DNA of 64,000 nucleotides from Oligoflexia bacterium. GTDB taxonomy: Bacteria; Bdellovibrionota; UBA1018. Shown here in pieces: positions 42,348-51,736 of this stretch; the first letter of the stretch is position 1, and each line of letters begins with the position of its first letter. The notes beneath the pieces are model-generated. The model was not told the DNA's origin. It made no database searches and saw only the letters and a list, made by a program, of their open reading frames with translations. Location: positions 352,001 through 416,000 of the forward strand of contig CAVWVI010000003.1 of NCBI GenBank assembly GCA_963758495.1, written 5' to 3'. Position numbers and translations under genes: made by a program.

Positions 42348-43586
42348 TTACCTCGATAAAAACTGAGTTGTAGATTTCCCATACTGACAAAAGACGGCTG
42401 TATTCAATTCTACTTCAAAATCGATTACATTGGGGTCCACTCCGGAAGCTTCCTTTACAGAGGTAAATTTCGCAAAGTAAGCACGCCATTGTTCATCACG
42501 ATCTTCCAAAAGCTTTGAAGGTTTCACTTCGCCTTGGTCATCTAAGCCAAAGTAATGAGGTGATTGATTTGAGCCTAGATCTAGATCTAATTTTGAAGGT
42601 GAGAAGAATGCTTCTTTTTGAGATTCCTTAGACATCAGTAAGACAAAATAGTTTCGAATCATAGAGCTTTCCATGTGCTGAGCACGTCTCAGGACCGGAT
42701 ACTTATCTATTTTTTTGGTTCCAACTATCGAGCGCCCCTCGATGCCTATCGTCTGAGGTACAACAAAAAATCCGCTGACATGTTTGAGTTTATAATTCCT
42801 CATGGACTCCTCATCAAAGCTACGAAGAATTTGACCCGTCATTTCATCGATTTTCGTCGTTACAGAAAAATTTGCGACTAGATTCGGAAGCAGGTGAATC
42901 ACAGAATGCTCCCCTACAGTAGTGGCGACTAATATTGAAGGCTGATTTTCAACCGAACCCTCCGTGATATTTTTTACGCTTGCACTAATCTCTTCCACCT
43001 GCTCTGAGTCAAAAGGCTCTCTTTTGTATCGTGCTTCGATGTCTTCTGAACCTGTTAAAGGCAGAAGGGTTATATAACTCAGAGCATTACTATCCTTGCA
43101 AGATGGACTCACCTCTAACTCACTAGTCGGAAGAGATGACAGCTCCCAAAATAGATTTTTTACACGCGCTCGAGCCACTTTGATATAATTTTTGGTAATC
43201 TCGGATGCTACATCCAAAGCTAGCCCTGGAGGAATCTTTGGAACGATCAAACGGATTTTTTCTGATATGGGAGCTCTAGGTACTGATCCGTTACAATATT
43301 CTGCTTTAATTTGATTCATCTGGCTGTTCTGATCTGTTTCGTTTTTCACTTTTTCAAAAAGCTCAGATGGCCACTGGTGAGAACGACCTTTTACTGGAGG
43401 ATTCTGTGCTAATCCATCGCTGCAATAAACAGATCCTCGAAAATCCTTCAAGTCGCTAATATCTGTAACCTTTGAAGAATCCGCCCATGTCCTCAAGGAA
43501 ATCCCTGAAGATCCAATAGCTACAAGGATAAAGACCACCCCTTTAGTTACTGTCCAATAAGATCCGAATGCTTTCGCCATTCTCAT
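42348..43586 (-). CDS. Hypothetical exported protein
   Basis: 412-aa ORF with an N-terminal hydrophobic segment, in an operon. Confidence 0.55.
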   Translation of the reverse strand: MRMAKAFGSYWTVTKGVVFILVAIGSSGISLRTWADSSKVTDISDLKDFRGSVYCSDGLAQNPPVKGRSHQWPSELFEKVKNETDQNSQMNQIKAEYCNGSVPRAPISEKIRLIVPKIPPGLALDVASEITKNYIKVARARVKNLFWELSSLPTSELEVSPSCKDSNALSYITLLPLTGSEDIEARYKREPFDSEQVEEISASVKNITEGSVENQPSILVATTVGEHSVIHLLPNLVANFSVTTKIDEMTGQILRSFDEESMRNYKLKHVSGFFVVPQTIGIEGRSIVGTKKIDKYPVLRRAQHMESSMIRNYFVLLMSKESQKEAFFSPSKLDLDLGSNQSPHYFGLDDQGEVKPSKLLEDRDEQWRAYFAKFTSVKEASGVDPNVIDFEVELNTAVFCQYGKSTTQFLSR

Positions 43587-44346
43587 TCCTTGTATTTTTG
43601 AGGTTTACCGTCTTAGGCACGCAGCCGTCTGCTTGAACTATAATTTCTCGATCGGATGAATCAATCACTACCGGCTGTGGATTTCCAGTACATTGAATAT
43701 TCCTAGTAGTCTCGCCCCGAATGATAAGACTGGCGCACATAGGAACTGTCTCTAAATAAAGTGTAGTTCTTGAACTTGCCATATATAAGTTTACTTCAGG
43801 AATTGTCCCATGATTTTTAACGGCCGCCAAGCCATGATTTGCGGCAGATAACGATAATTCTTTTTTATTAGAGGTCATTTTTTCTTCAGCTTCTTCCTTT
43901 GTTGATACCTGTTTGATTTTTGGCAGGTTGAAATCGCAAAGCAGCCAAACCTGAAATAAACCATTCTTAGTTTCCTCAACTTCTTCTTTTTTAGGCTGGC
44001 AGACAAGACCTGAGAAATGTTGATCCGAAGAAATTTCTTGAAAGTAGGCTACACTTTTCTCTGATTCGACGTTGACAGTCTGTACATGAATATCGGTCTG
44101 TAGTTGATGGGAAGCAGAACCTATGCATTGAGAAGTTGCAGTTTTTCTAGCTATATCAACGGAAGGACCCTCACCTTGGCATACGATACGAAGAGAGGAC
44201 CCCACTCGTTCCTGAGTATTGGACTTGGCCCAGGGTGGAATAGCCCATACTATCGATGTGGCCAGTAAAATTTTCAAGCCTAGGCATAAAGCATAGGTCA
44301 TTTTCAAGAAACAGTTTCTTGAATCCGCACTCAAACGCAAGTTCAT
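43543..44346 (-). CDS. Hypothetical exported Cys-containing protein (possible LPP20-like N-domain)
   Basis: Signal peptide, then PPW...C.GEGPS.DIAR..A. Confidence 0.5.
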   Translation of the reverse strand: MNLRLSADSRNCFLKMTYALCLGLKILLATSIVWAIPPWAKSNTQERVGSSLRIVCQGEGPSVDIARKTATSQCIGSASHQLQTDIHVQTVNVESEKSVAYFQEISSDQHFSGLVCQPKKEEVEETKNGLFQVWLLCDFNLPKIKQVSTKEEAEEKMTSNKKELSLSAANHGLAAVKNHGTIPEVNLYMASSRTTLYLETVPMCASLIIRGETTRNIQCTGNPQPVVIDSSDREIIVQADGCVPKTVNLKNTRNENGESIRILLDSN

Positions 44347-44496
44347 GATACCCTCACACTCTTGTCGAGTTATTTATCACTTATATTTAATATAGTTCTA
44401 TTCAGCGTTATTGAGTATATTTTATAAATATATATTGCATACCGCCATTATTTACTTTTAAATAAAAATATAAAGAAGTTAAAATCTGGAGGAATC

Positions 44497-45141
44497 ATGA
44501 AATTTCGAATTGAATTCTATTTAAACGTCATTTTATTGTCGGCTTTCATGACATCCTGTTCAAGCGAACCAAAAAATTTAACCTCTGAAAACACCCCAGA
44601 CAAAATTCTTTCTAGAATAGATGAATTATCCTCTCGTCCAGATTGGCTAAAAGAGTCCGAGCCCTTTATGGTTGAAAAAGGAACAGTGACTTCTCTAGGA
44701 CAAACAACAATCCCAGGGGACCATCGAGTAGAAGCTGCTTATCGTATTGCCGAAAACAGTGCAAAAGCCGCCATTGCAGGAGCTATCGAACAAAGACTTG
44801 AATTCATCTTTCAAAATGCTGAAGAAGGTACAACAGTAGACGCGAACCAAGCTCGCTATATCGGGGCCGAATCTTCAAAAATTGCCACCTCGTCGATTCG
44901 GACTGGAAAAAGATATTGGGAAAAATTCGCGACCACTTCTGATAATGGAGAGAGAGTCACCCGCTATCGTGTTTTTGTTACTGTAAATATGCCAGAAACT
45001 GATTTTAAACGCGCTGTAATGGACGCTATTAGTCGAGCACAAGGAAAAGTGGGTTTAAGTCAAGACTTCAAAGCAAAAGTAGATCAACACTGGGACCAGT
45101 TTACAGGTAACTTGCCAACCAAAGAAGCACAGACAAAATAA
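44497..45141 (+). CDS. Lipoprotein, LPP20-like
   Basis: Lipobox MTSC; RPDW...A.RIAE..AKA.IA..I; GGAGG RBS. Confidence 0.6.
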   Translation: MKFRIEFYLNVILLSAFMTSCSSEPKNLTSENTPDKILSRIDELSSRPDWLKESEPFMVEKGTVTSLGQTTIPGDHRVEAAYRIAENSAKAAIAGAIEQRLEFIFQNAEEGTTVDANQARYIGAESSKIATSSIRTGKRYWEKFATTSDNGERVTRYRVFVTVNMPETDFKRAVMDAISRAQGKVGLSQDFKAKVDQHWDQFTGNLPTKEAQTK

Positions 45142-45252
45142 AAAATAAGAGTGTTAGAAAGTACAACCTCATTTTTTGAAAACAATGGCAAATTCCTTCG
45201 CAAAATCCTTCATTTTCACTTTGCCCAAAACAGGTCTATTCAGGTACAGAAA

Positions 45253-46395
45253 CTAAGCTGCCTTTTTTCTAGCTTCAACCGAAGTGGTATTTTTCAATGA
45301 CTGCAAATATTCAAAGTATTGAACGTATGGATTTATCCACTTGTATTGGTTTTATTTTGGGAGATATTTTCCAAGTTCCCGTGCTTTATTTGTAAAATAC
45401 TGAGTTGCTTCCTTAGGGGAGGCTCCTTTCGCGTAGTACTCAATTTGATTAAACTGGTCTTTCAGTTCGTCGATTTTTTGCCAAACGGTTTCATTTACTA
45501 AAACTCTATCCTTAAAAATTTGAAGACCTCCTTTAACTTTTAGACATTCAAATAGCATTTGAGATGATATCGCATCATAGTCCTTATTGGGATTGTAGTT
45601 CGAGGCATAGTGAAACAGTCGCTCAGCCAAGATGTACCCACGAACCTTCTCCAAAAAATTTCTCGGAATTGTAGGTATCTTAGGAAGCTCGCTTAGTACA
45701 TTAAGATCAACCCGCAACTCCTCAAATGCTTCAGCCTCCTTTGACGCTTTATGACTCAAGTACTGTGGTAGGGGTAACACACTATTTGAATGAAAATATT
45801 CGTGCAATGAAACCCATATATTTGCACAAATATTTAGTTCATTCGATGATGCTTTGAGCAATGGTGTAAAGACATCCCCATCAATCTTGTCTAAAAGTAG
45901 CGGCCTAGTAAAATTAGAGTAACGCTCCAAGAAGCGATTTATGAAGTAGTATACAGGCATCGACTCCACGTTGATTCGAAACGTTTTATGCCAGGCTTCT
46001 GGAAATAAGGCCATAATTCGCTTATTTTTTAGTCTTATCGAAGTATCGCTGAGCTGGACAGGAAAAGAAGTAGAAGGGTAGTATTTTCGTATTGAAAAGT
46101 AATCATCTAAGGGCTTAAATAGGAAATACTCAAGACCTAGGATCGTATCATAAGTTGATTTTAGTCGCGTGAAGACAAAATGAGGATTTTCTGAGTATAG
46201 AATATTTTCTTTGTTTTCAGATGCATTTTGCAAAGCTGCTTTCACTATTTGTAGTGTGACCTCATCAACATTGGATTGATTGAAATCCACATAGTCACTG
46301 AATGATTGAATCGTTTGATTCCAATTAAAATCAGATGTTGAATTTTCTAAGTCCCTCGAGGCAGATCTAAGAAATAATGACAATGAGTCTTGCAT
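45253..46395 (-). pseudogene. HEXXH metalloprotein (DUF6421-like) with an in-frame TAA at 45352-45354
   Basis: W..LHEYFH...LP.P.YL..K...EELRVDL. The same frame continues 32 codons past the TAA to ...RKKAA*. Confidence 0.55.
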
Positions 46396-46568
46396 TCAAC
46401 TTCTCTTTTCGAACAATAATGGAGATTTATTAGTTAATTTTTATTAACTTATATTAGAAGCTTGTGTGTCATAAATTATCGATATCGAAATTATCAAACT
46501 AAATCGGAAAGTGCTTTAGAACTTCCAGCAGGATTGCACAAAAGCAAAAGCATCTGATGCTGTCGGAG

Positions 46569-46648
46569 TTCAACCTGGAGTTGGAAAGATCGAGACTGGA
46601 GAGCGATACACACTCGGCATTATTTTTCATGACTTCAAGGAAAAGTGA
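46569..46648 (+). pseudogene. 3' remnant of a 2OG-Fe(II) oxygenase paralog
   Basis: GVGKIETGERYTLGIIFHDFKEK* versus GVGEITSGERYTLGIVFHDYKEK in 47232..47963. Confidence 0.85.
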
Positions 46649-46752
46649 GCCCACAAGGCTTGAGTCGAAAAAATAAACGATGATGTCCGAAGACAGCCAG
46701 CACACCTGACCGAAAGAAGGCAATATGGTCTTAACGGAAAAGGAGATTCAGT

Positions 46753-47235
46753 ATGTCTGTCTCACAAATGAAAATCGAATCCAAGATTGGCCCACTTTAT
46801 TTGATTGGAAGCGAAAAAAGCCTGCAAGGAGTTTTCTGGGAAAAACAGAGCGCTCCATTGGTTGGCAAGAACTCGGTTACAGAGAAAACCGTTTTAGTGA
46901 AAGCCGCTATTCAAATAGAGGAGTATCTCGCTGGAAAGCGCAAGAGGTTCGACATTCCTCTTAGTGCGGAAGGAACCGATTTTCAGAAAAGCGTCTGGAA
47001 GGAGCTAGCGAAAATCCCCTACGGAGAATCCCGTTCATACAAAGAAATTGCAGTCGCCGTGGGCGACGCAAGCGCAAGCCGCGCCGTAGGAATGGCAAAT
47101 GGAAAAAATCCGCTTTGCATCATCGTGCCGTGCCATCGAGTAATTTCCTCGGATGGATCGCTGGGTGGCTACTCTGGCGGATTGAGCATTAAAAAGAGAC
47201 TGCTCAGTCTTGAAAAGAACGGAGTCCTGTCATGA
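46753..47235 (+). CDS. ogt: Methylated-DNA--protein-cysteine methyltransferase
   Basis: Motifs GTDFQ..VW..L..IPYG, RAVG.ANG.NP, VPCHRV and GGY.GG. Confidence 0.92.
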   Translation: MSVSQMKIESKIGPLYLIGSEKSLQGVFWEKQSAPLVGKNSVTEKTVLVKAAIQIEEYLAGKRKRFDIPLSAEGTDFQKSVWKELAKIPYGESRSYKEIAVAVGDASASRAVGMANGKNPLCIIVPCHRVISSDGSLGGYSGGLSIKKRLLSLEKNGVLS

Positions 47236-47963
47236 GTTTCAATCTCTCAAGCCGCCTCCAATCACTTGACTGGGCCTCTCTCAACGAACAGTTGCTTGGA
47301 AAGGGTTTTACAGTGACGAAACCTTTCCTCAAATCTGACGAGTGCAAAGATCTCAAGAGCCTCTTCGATGAAAACGAACTCTATCGTTCTACTATCGACA
47401 TGAAAAGATATAGCTTTGGTCGCGGAACATACCGGTACTTTAAGTATCCTCTGCCCGAAATGATTGGGTCGTTGCGCGAAGGGATTTACGAGAAAATTGT
47501 CCCGACCGCGAACGCGTGGGCTGAGCGCAGTAAAACGAATATTCATTACCCTCACAAGCTACCGCAATTCATCAAACAAATGCGCGAAAATGGGCAGACT
47601 CGCTCTACTCCAATCATCCTTAAGTACGGTCCTGCCGACTATACCTGTATGCACCAGGACATATCGGACGGTATTTTTTTCCCTTATCAAGTGATCTTTG
47701 GATTGAGTGAGCAAGGAAGAGACTACGAAGGCGGACAACTCATTCTGCTTCAGCAGCGTCCACGTCTGCAAACCATTCCCTATGTGATAACCATTCCGAA
47801 GGGAGCTGCTGTGATTACGACATCAAGCTACCACCCACAACAAGGTAAGCGTGGGTTCTATCGGTGTCCGTTCAAGCACGGTGTGGGCGAAATCACTTCG
47901 GGGGAACGCTACACACTCGGTATTGTGTTTCATGACTACAAGGAGAAACCCAAAGAGTTGTGA
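47232..47963 (+). CDS. 2OG-Fe(II) oxygenase (DUF2086-like)
   Basis: Motifs FGRG.YRYF.YPLP, HQD, EQRPR-like QQRPRLQ, and HGV...RYTLG.IFHD. Confidence 0.85.
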   Translation: MSFNLSSRLQSLDWASLNEQLLGKGFTVTKPFLKSDECKDLKSLFDENELYRSTIDMKRYSFGRGTYRYFKYPLPEMIGSLREGIYEKIVPTANAWAERSKTNIHYPHKLPQFIKQMRENGQTRSTPIILKYGPADYTCMHQDISDGIFFPYQVIFGLSEQGRDYEGGQLILLQQRPRLQTIPYVITIPKGAAVITTSSYHPQQGKRGFYRCPFKHGVGEITSGERYTLGIVFHDYKEKPKEL

Positions 47964-48147
47964 ATAGTACTTCAAAATCATATATAAACATATTATATAT
48001 AAGCCTATAACCTTCATGTATTCATCAAGCCAAGCATAAAATCCGTCATCAGTAACTCGACAATCAACAATGAGCCGAAATACTTCCGAGACTTTTACCG
48101 GATACTATTTTGAATCCAGGGTGAATCCTACAATGAAGTGTTCAGAG

Positions 48148-49193
48148 TTACTTATTATTATTTTTTAACCCTTCTAGTAGGTTCACACTCATCTCCATCC
48201 TGCTTCCGGTGAGGGTTCCAATTCCGATAAGGATGGGTTCTAAAATATCAAGCGGCACCGCCCTTACAAAATCTAGACGATCAAGTTGCCCATCATATAA
48301 CTTTGCACTAAGTGCTAGTAAATTATCCATTTCCCCATGTGTTAAATACTGATATAAAAATCCTGCAATTGGAGAGTTTTTAAAATCGAATCCAGATGCT
48401 TGGGACCGTCCATATTTTAATGTTTCAAATACAATCAAGTTAGTAGGTTTCTCTTTTTTGGCAGTTCTTAAACGAGATGGTGGTGCTTTCAGGAATTCTT
48501 CGATTGGGACGCTATTGACTTGAGGTATGCTCACTTCTTCACCTAAAAAGAACAAATAAGGTGCATCTCCGCCGCTTAATTGTGCAAAAGTTTCTAGAAT
48601 AGCAATAGATACTAATTTTATATTGATGTACTCAACAGCATTCCTTAAGTTGATCTGAATCTGTTGATGCATAGCCTCTAAGTCTGATTCTCTAGGAAAA
48701 TCGTTCCATGAATGAACAACATTTTGGTATTTCAATGTTGATAAAAATAACTTTACTCGCTGTATTGCCAAGCGATATTGACCTACGGTAAAAAGTGAAT
48801 TTCTAAAGATCGGGTTATTTTCTAAAATAAGAGTCCATGTCTGAGAAATAAATAATCCAAAATCTTCATTAAAAAAACCGGATACATCTTGATTTGAAAA
48901 CGCTACTGCACGTTTGATATTTGTTTCAATTTTATCATTTGGAACCTGGAGTGTGAAGTCATTAATTAATTGCTGAGTTCTCTGGAAAAGAATATCAAAA
49001 GGCGTTTCTCCCTGTTCATTTGCAGCACGAAAAGGAATGGTAGATTCTATACAAGTCGTAAATTGAATTTTATCCCAAAGAGTGAACTGTATACATTCTT
49101 TGAGAATTCTAGCGGCAGCTACTGTGCTTAAAAACTCGTTTAACCCATTAAATGGATGTAAAACTGTGCCCTCTTTAAAGTTAAATACTTTCG
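48148..49193 (-). pseudogene. 3' part of an uncharacterised gene truncated by the IS110 insertion
   Basis: Plausible protein from about KVFNFKEG...NEFLS...IESTIPFR...N.DV.GF. The first ~85 codons of the tracked ORF are the antisense of the IS110 left end. Confidence 0.65.
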
Positions 49194-49215
49194 CTCTTAG
49201 CGACAATGTAAGAAA

Positions 49216-49364
49216 GCAACGTCCCCTCAGAGCTGCGGTACTAAGACCGTAAGCTTTGTGGGCTAATCGCTCAATGGGCCTCAATCTGGGGAGTGGTATA
49301 ATAGAAACTGCTTCGTAAAGTAGTTTCAACCAGTCTAACCAGCGTGCCAAGGAGGGAACGTTGT
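49216..49364 (+). ncRNA. Candidate IS110 bridge-RNA-like structured RNA
   Basis: Closing helix 49216-28/49352-64, hairpin 49231-55, and a stem/internal-loop/stem at 49294-49341. Confidence 0.5.
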
Positions 49365-49365
49365 T

Positions 49366-50039
49366 ATGAACTATTATATTGGAATGGATGCACATGCAGC
49401 AACAACAACCGTCGCAGTCGTGGATGAAAAAGGGAAAAATATTGATCGCCAAAATTTTGCCACTACAGAGGCAAATTTACTTGGATTCATATGAAAGATT
49501 AAGGGGAAGAAGTTCCTGACATTTGAAGAAATGCATCTGGCTCAGTGGTTGTATATCATACTAAAAAAAGAGGTAGATCACCTGGTAGTTTGTAATCCTG
49601 TTTATGTAGCTGAAAAACAGGGAACAAAAACAGACTTTAGAGATGCTCTACAATTAGCTCAGGAACTTAGAACGGGGCATTTGGTTGCCGTTTATCATGA
49701 TGAAAGTCACTGGATCCAGCTGAGGGTTCTAGTGTACGGCTATTTGGCCTTAGTAGAAGAAATCATTCGAACTAAGAATAGACTGAAGGCAGTATTTAGA
49801 TCCGAGGCGATCGATACATCACAAACAGATTTTTATGAAAAAACGAGAGACCGATTAAAAGAACTGTCTCATGAGAGTGCACGGTTTGTTGCTGAGAATC
49901 TTTATTGGCAGATTGATGGTTTAGAGAAAAGAAAACGAGAATACCGTGAGGTTCTTCAGCGTAATTCTAAAAAATATAAACCTATTAAAAATCTCATGAC
50001 TATTCCCGGGATTAGTACGGTTCGAGCAAGTATTATCAC
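49366..50039 (+). pseudogene. IS110 transposase, nonsense-mutated and truncated
   Basis: MNYYIGMDAH..., in-frame TGA at 49492-94, then TFEE...KTDFRDA and L.TIPGI; the C-terminal Tnp20 domain is mostly missing. Confidence 0.85.
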
Positions 50040-50195
50040 CCTAAATTGGTAATTCAAATATTAATATATAAAGTATTTTCATTTTGTCATGCGTAAATTT
50101 GTACTTTATAGAATTAAATTTGTCCACTAAAATAGTGGAGTTTGAAATAAAATTCATTTACATGAGATCAAACTTTAGTTAAGACCTCCTGCATT

Positions 50196-51659
50196 ATGAT
50201 CATCCACAACAAGATGGGCCGTCCAAAAAAAGATCCTAATCGAACCGATATACGATTGGGGGAGCTCAAGTATAAGGGAGAAGATGACTCACTTACGGCG
50301 GCAGCAGGGCTTCCCATTATGTTGGAGCTGTTTTCAAGGTCACCCGCATTTACTCAATTTGTAAAGTGCCTCCCTTCCAGAGCTGGAAATAATACTTACG
50401 GAAGTGAAAAAATCGCATTACTTATTTGGCTAGGATTCTTGAGAGGATTCGATTGTATCGAGGATTTGGCTGATTTTGTATGGGATCCAGGTGTCATGCG
50501 AAAGCTGGGAGAGATTCCGAAACCTAGAGCTATTGGAAATTATTTGAGAGATTTTTCAGTAGAAAATAATGAAGCTATGAACGCATTCTTAAGACATCAG
50601 GCAAACCTGGCCAGAAGGCGGTTATTTAGCGACACTCCATTGGTGATTGACATAGATAGTACTTCACATGTTCAAAGAGGAAGTACCATTGAAGGGCTCG
50701 CTTATAATTATAAAAACGAATGGTGCTTAGATAGCCTAGTAGCGTTTGATCAATTAGGATTTTGTCATGGAATGAAGCTCAGACCAGGCAGTACGTTTTC
50801 CTCTCAGGGATCCGCAGATTTCATTCGTGAAATATTTCCTGTATTGCCTGTGGATGAAGTGCAAAGAAAAAAAGAAAAAAGTAGACGCTTTTTTCGAGCA
50901 GACTCAGCATTCTGCGAACAAGACTCCATTCATGCCTGCCTCGAGAGAGGGGTTTTATTTACAATCAGTGCACATGGCCGAACAGGATGGAAAGACCGAG
51001 TAAAAGCAGGAGCGATTCAAGATTGGATACCCTGGGAATATTCTCAAAAGGAAATAGAAGAAGCACAGGAGGCTGGCATTTCTTTACCTAAAGTAGATTT
51101 AGGTTCTTTTGTTTACCAGCCCGGATGGAGTGAGAATTTGCGTTTCTACCATGTCGTCAAAAGAACTTGGGTTACAAAGAAAACTAAACTCCCTAAGAAG
51201 AAACAAACACAAGTTGAGAGTCTGGATGAAGAAGAGACTTTTGTTGAAGGTGAATGGCTCTATTATGGAGTTTTAACTAATTGGAATCTCTTTGAACATT
51301 CGCTTCAGGAAATCATGATACATCACCACCAGAGGGGTCATGCGGAAAATTTTATAAAAGAGGGAAAAAATTCTTATGACCTTAAGCACTTTCCATGTAA
51401 ACCATTGAAAGCAAATCACGCTTATGGCCTTTTAGGTTTAGTCGCGCACAATTTCATGAGAACGCTTGCTCTTCTCGATTCACCGAGCAAGCCCCACTTT
51501 GCTAAAGCAATTAGAAAAAAATTCATTTTTATCCCAGGAAAACTAGTTAACAGCGCTAAACAATGGTGGATGAAAATTCCAAGTCACTGGAAGAAGGAGG
51601 TGGACCGACTTCTACACGCCTGGGAAAGGGCGTTTCTTCTTTCCCCAAATGCCAGGTAG
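50196..51659 (+). CDS. IS1380-family DDE transposase, copy 1
   Basis: Motifs IDIDST, FRADSAF and QRG.AENFIKEGK. Confidence 0.88.
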   Translation: MIIHNKMGRPKKDPNRTDIRLGELKYKGEDDSLTAAAGLPIMLELFSRSPAFTQFVKCLPSRAGNNTYGSEKIALLIWLGFLRGFDCIEDLADFVWDPGVMRKLGEIPKPRAIGNYLRDFSVENNEAMNAFLRHQANLARRRLFSDTPLVIDIDSTSHVQRGSTIEGLAYNYKNEWCLDSLVAFDQLGFCHGMKLRPGSTFSSQGSADFIREIFPVLPVDEVQRKKEKSRRFFRADSAFCEQDSIHACLERGVLFTISAHGRTGWKDRVKAGAIQDWIPWEYSQKEIEEAQEAGISLPKVDLGSFVYQPGWSENLRFYHVVKRTWVTKKTKLPKKKQTQVESLDEEETFVEGEWLYYGVLTNWNLFEHSLQEIMIHHHQRGHAENFIKEGKNSYDLKHFPCKPLKANHAYGLLGLVAHNFMRTLALLDSPSKPHFAKAIRKKFIFIPGKLVNSAKQWWMKIPSHWKKEVDRLLHAWERAFLLSPNAR

Positions 51660-51736
51660 ATATTTTTCCTCTGGCATTGGGCCCACAAAAGCACTTTCGA
51701 TTGTGATTAGTCCTGCATGATCTTTGACAACTTCAC

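Larger units (their letters stand above)
49193..50039 (+). mobile_element. IS110-family element, left part only
   Basis: About 170 nt of structured noncoding left end followed by a DEDD transposase start; cut at 50039 by IS1380. The left boundary is approximate. Confidence 0.8.

Noticed and set aside
49194..49452. Cys-rich N-terminus of the 434-aa ORF
   Set aside because: It is the antisense of the IS110 left end and transposase start, not part of the host protein.
49492..49494. In-frame TGA as selenocysteine or a recoded codon
   Set aside because: Other genes here use TGA as stop, the position is not a Cys site, and the transposase is truncated anyway.
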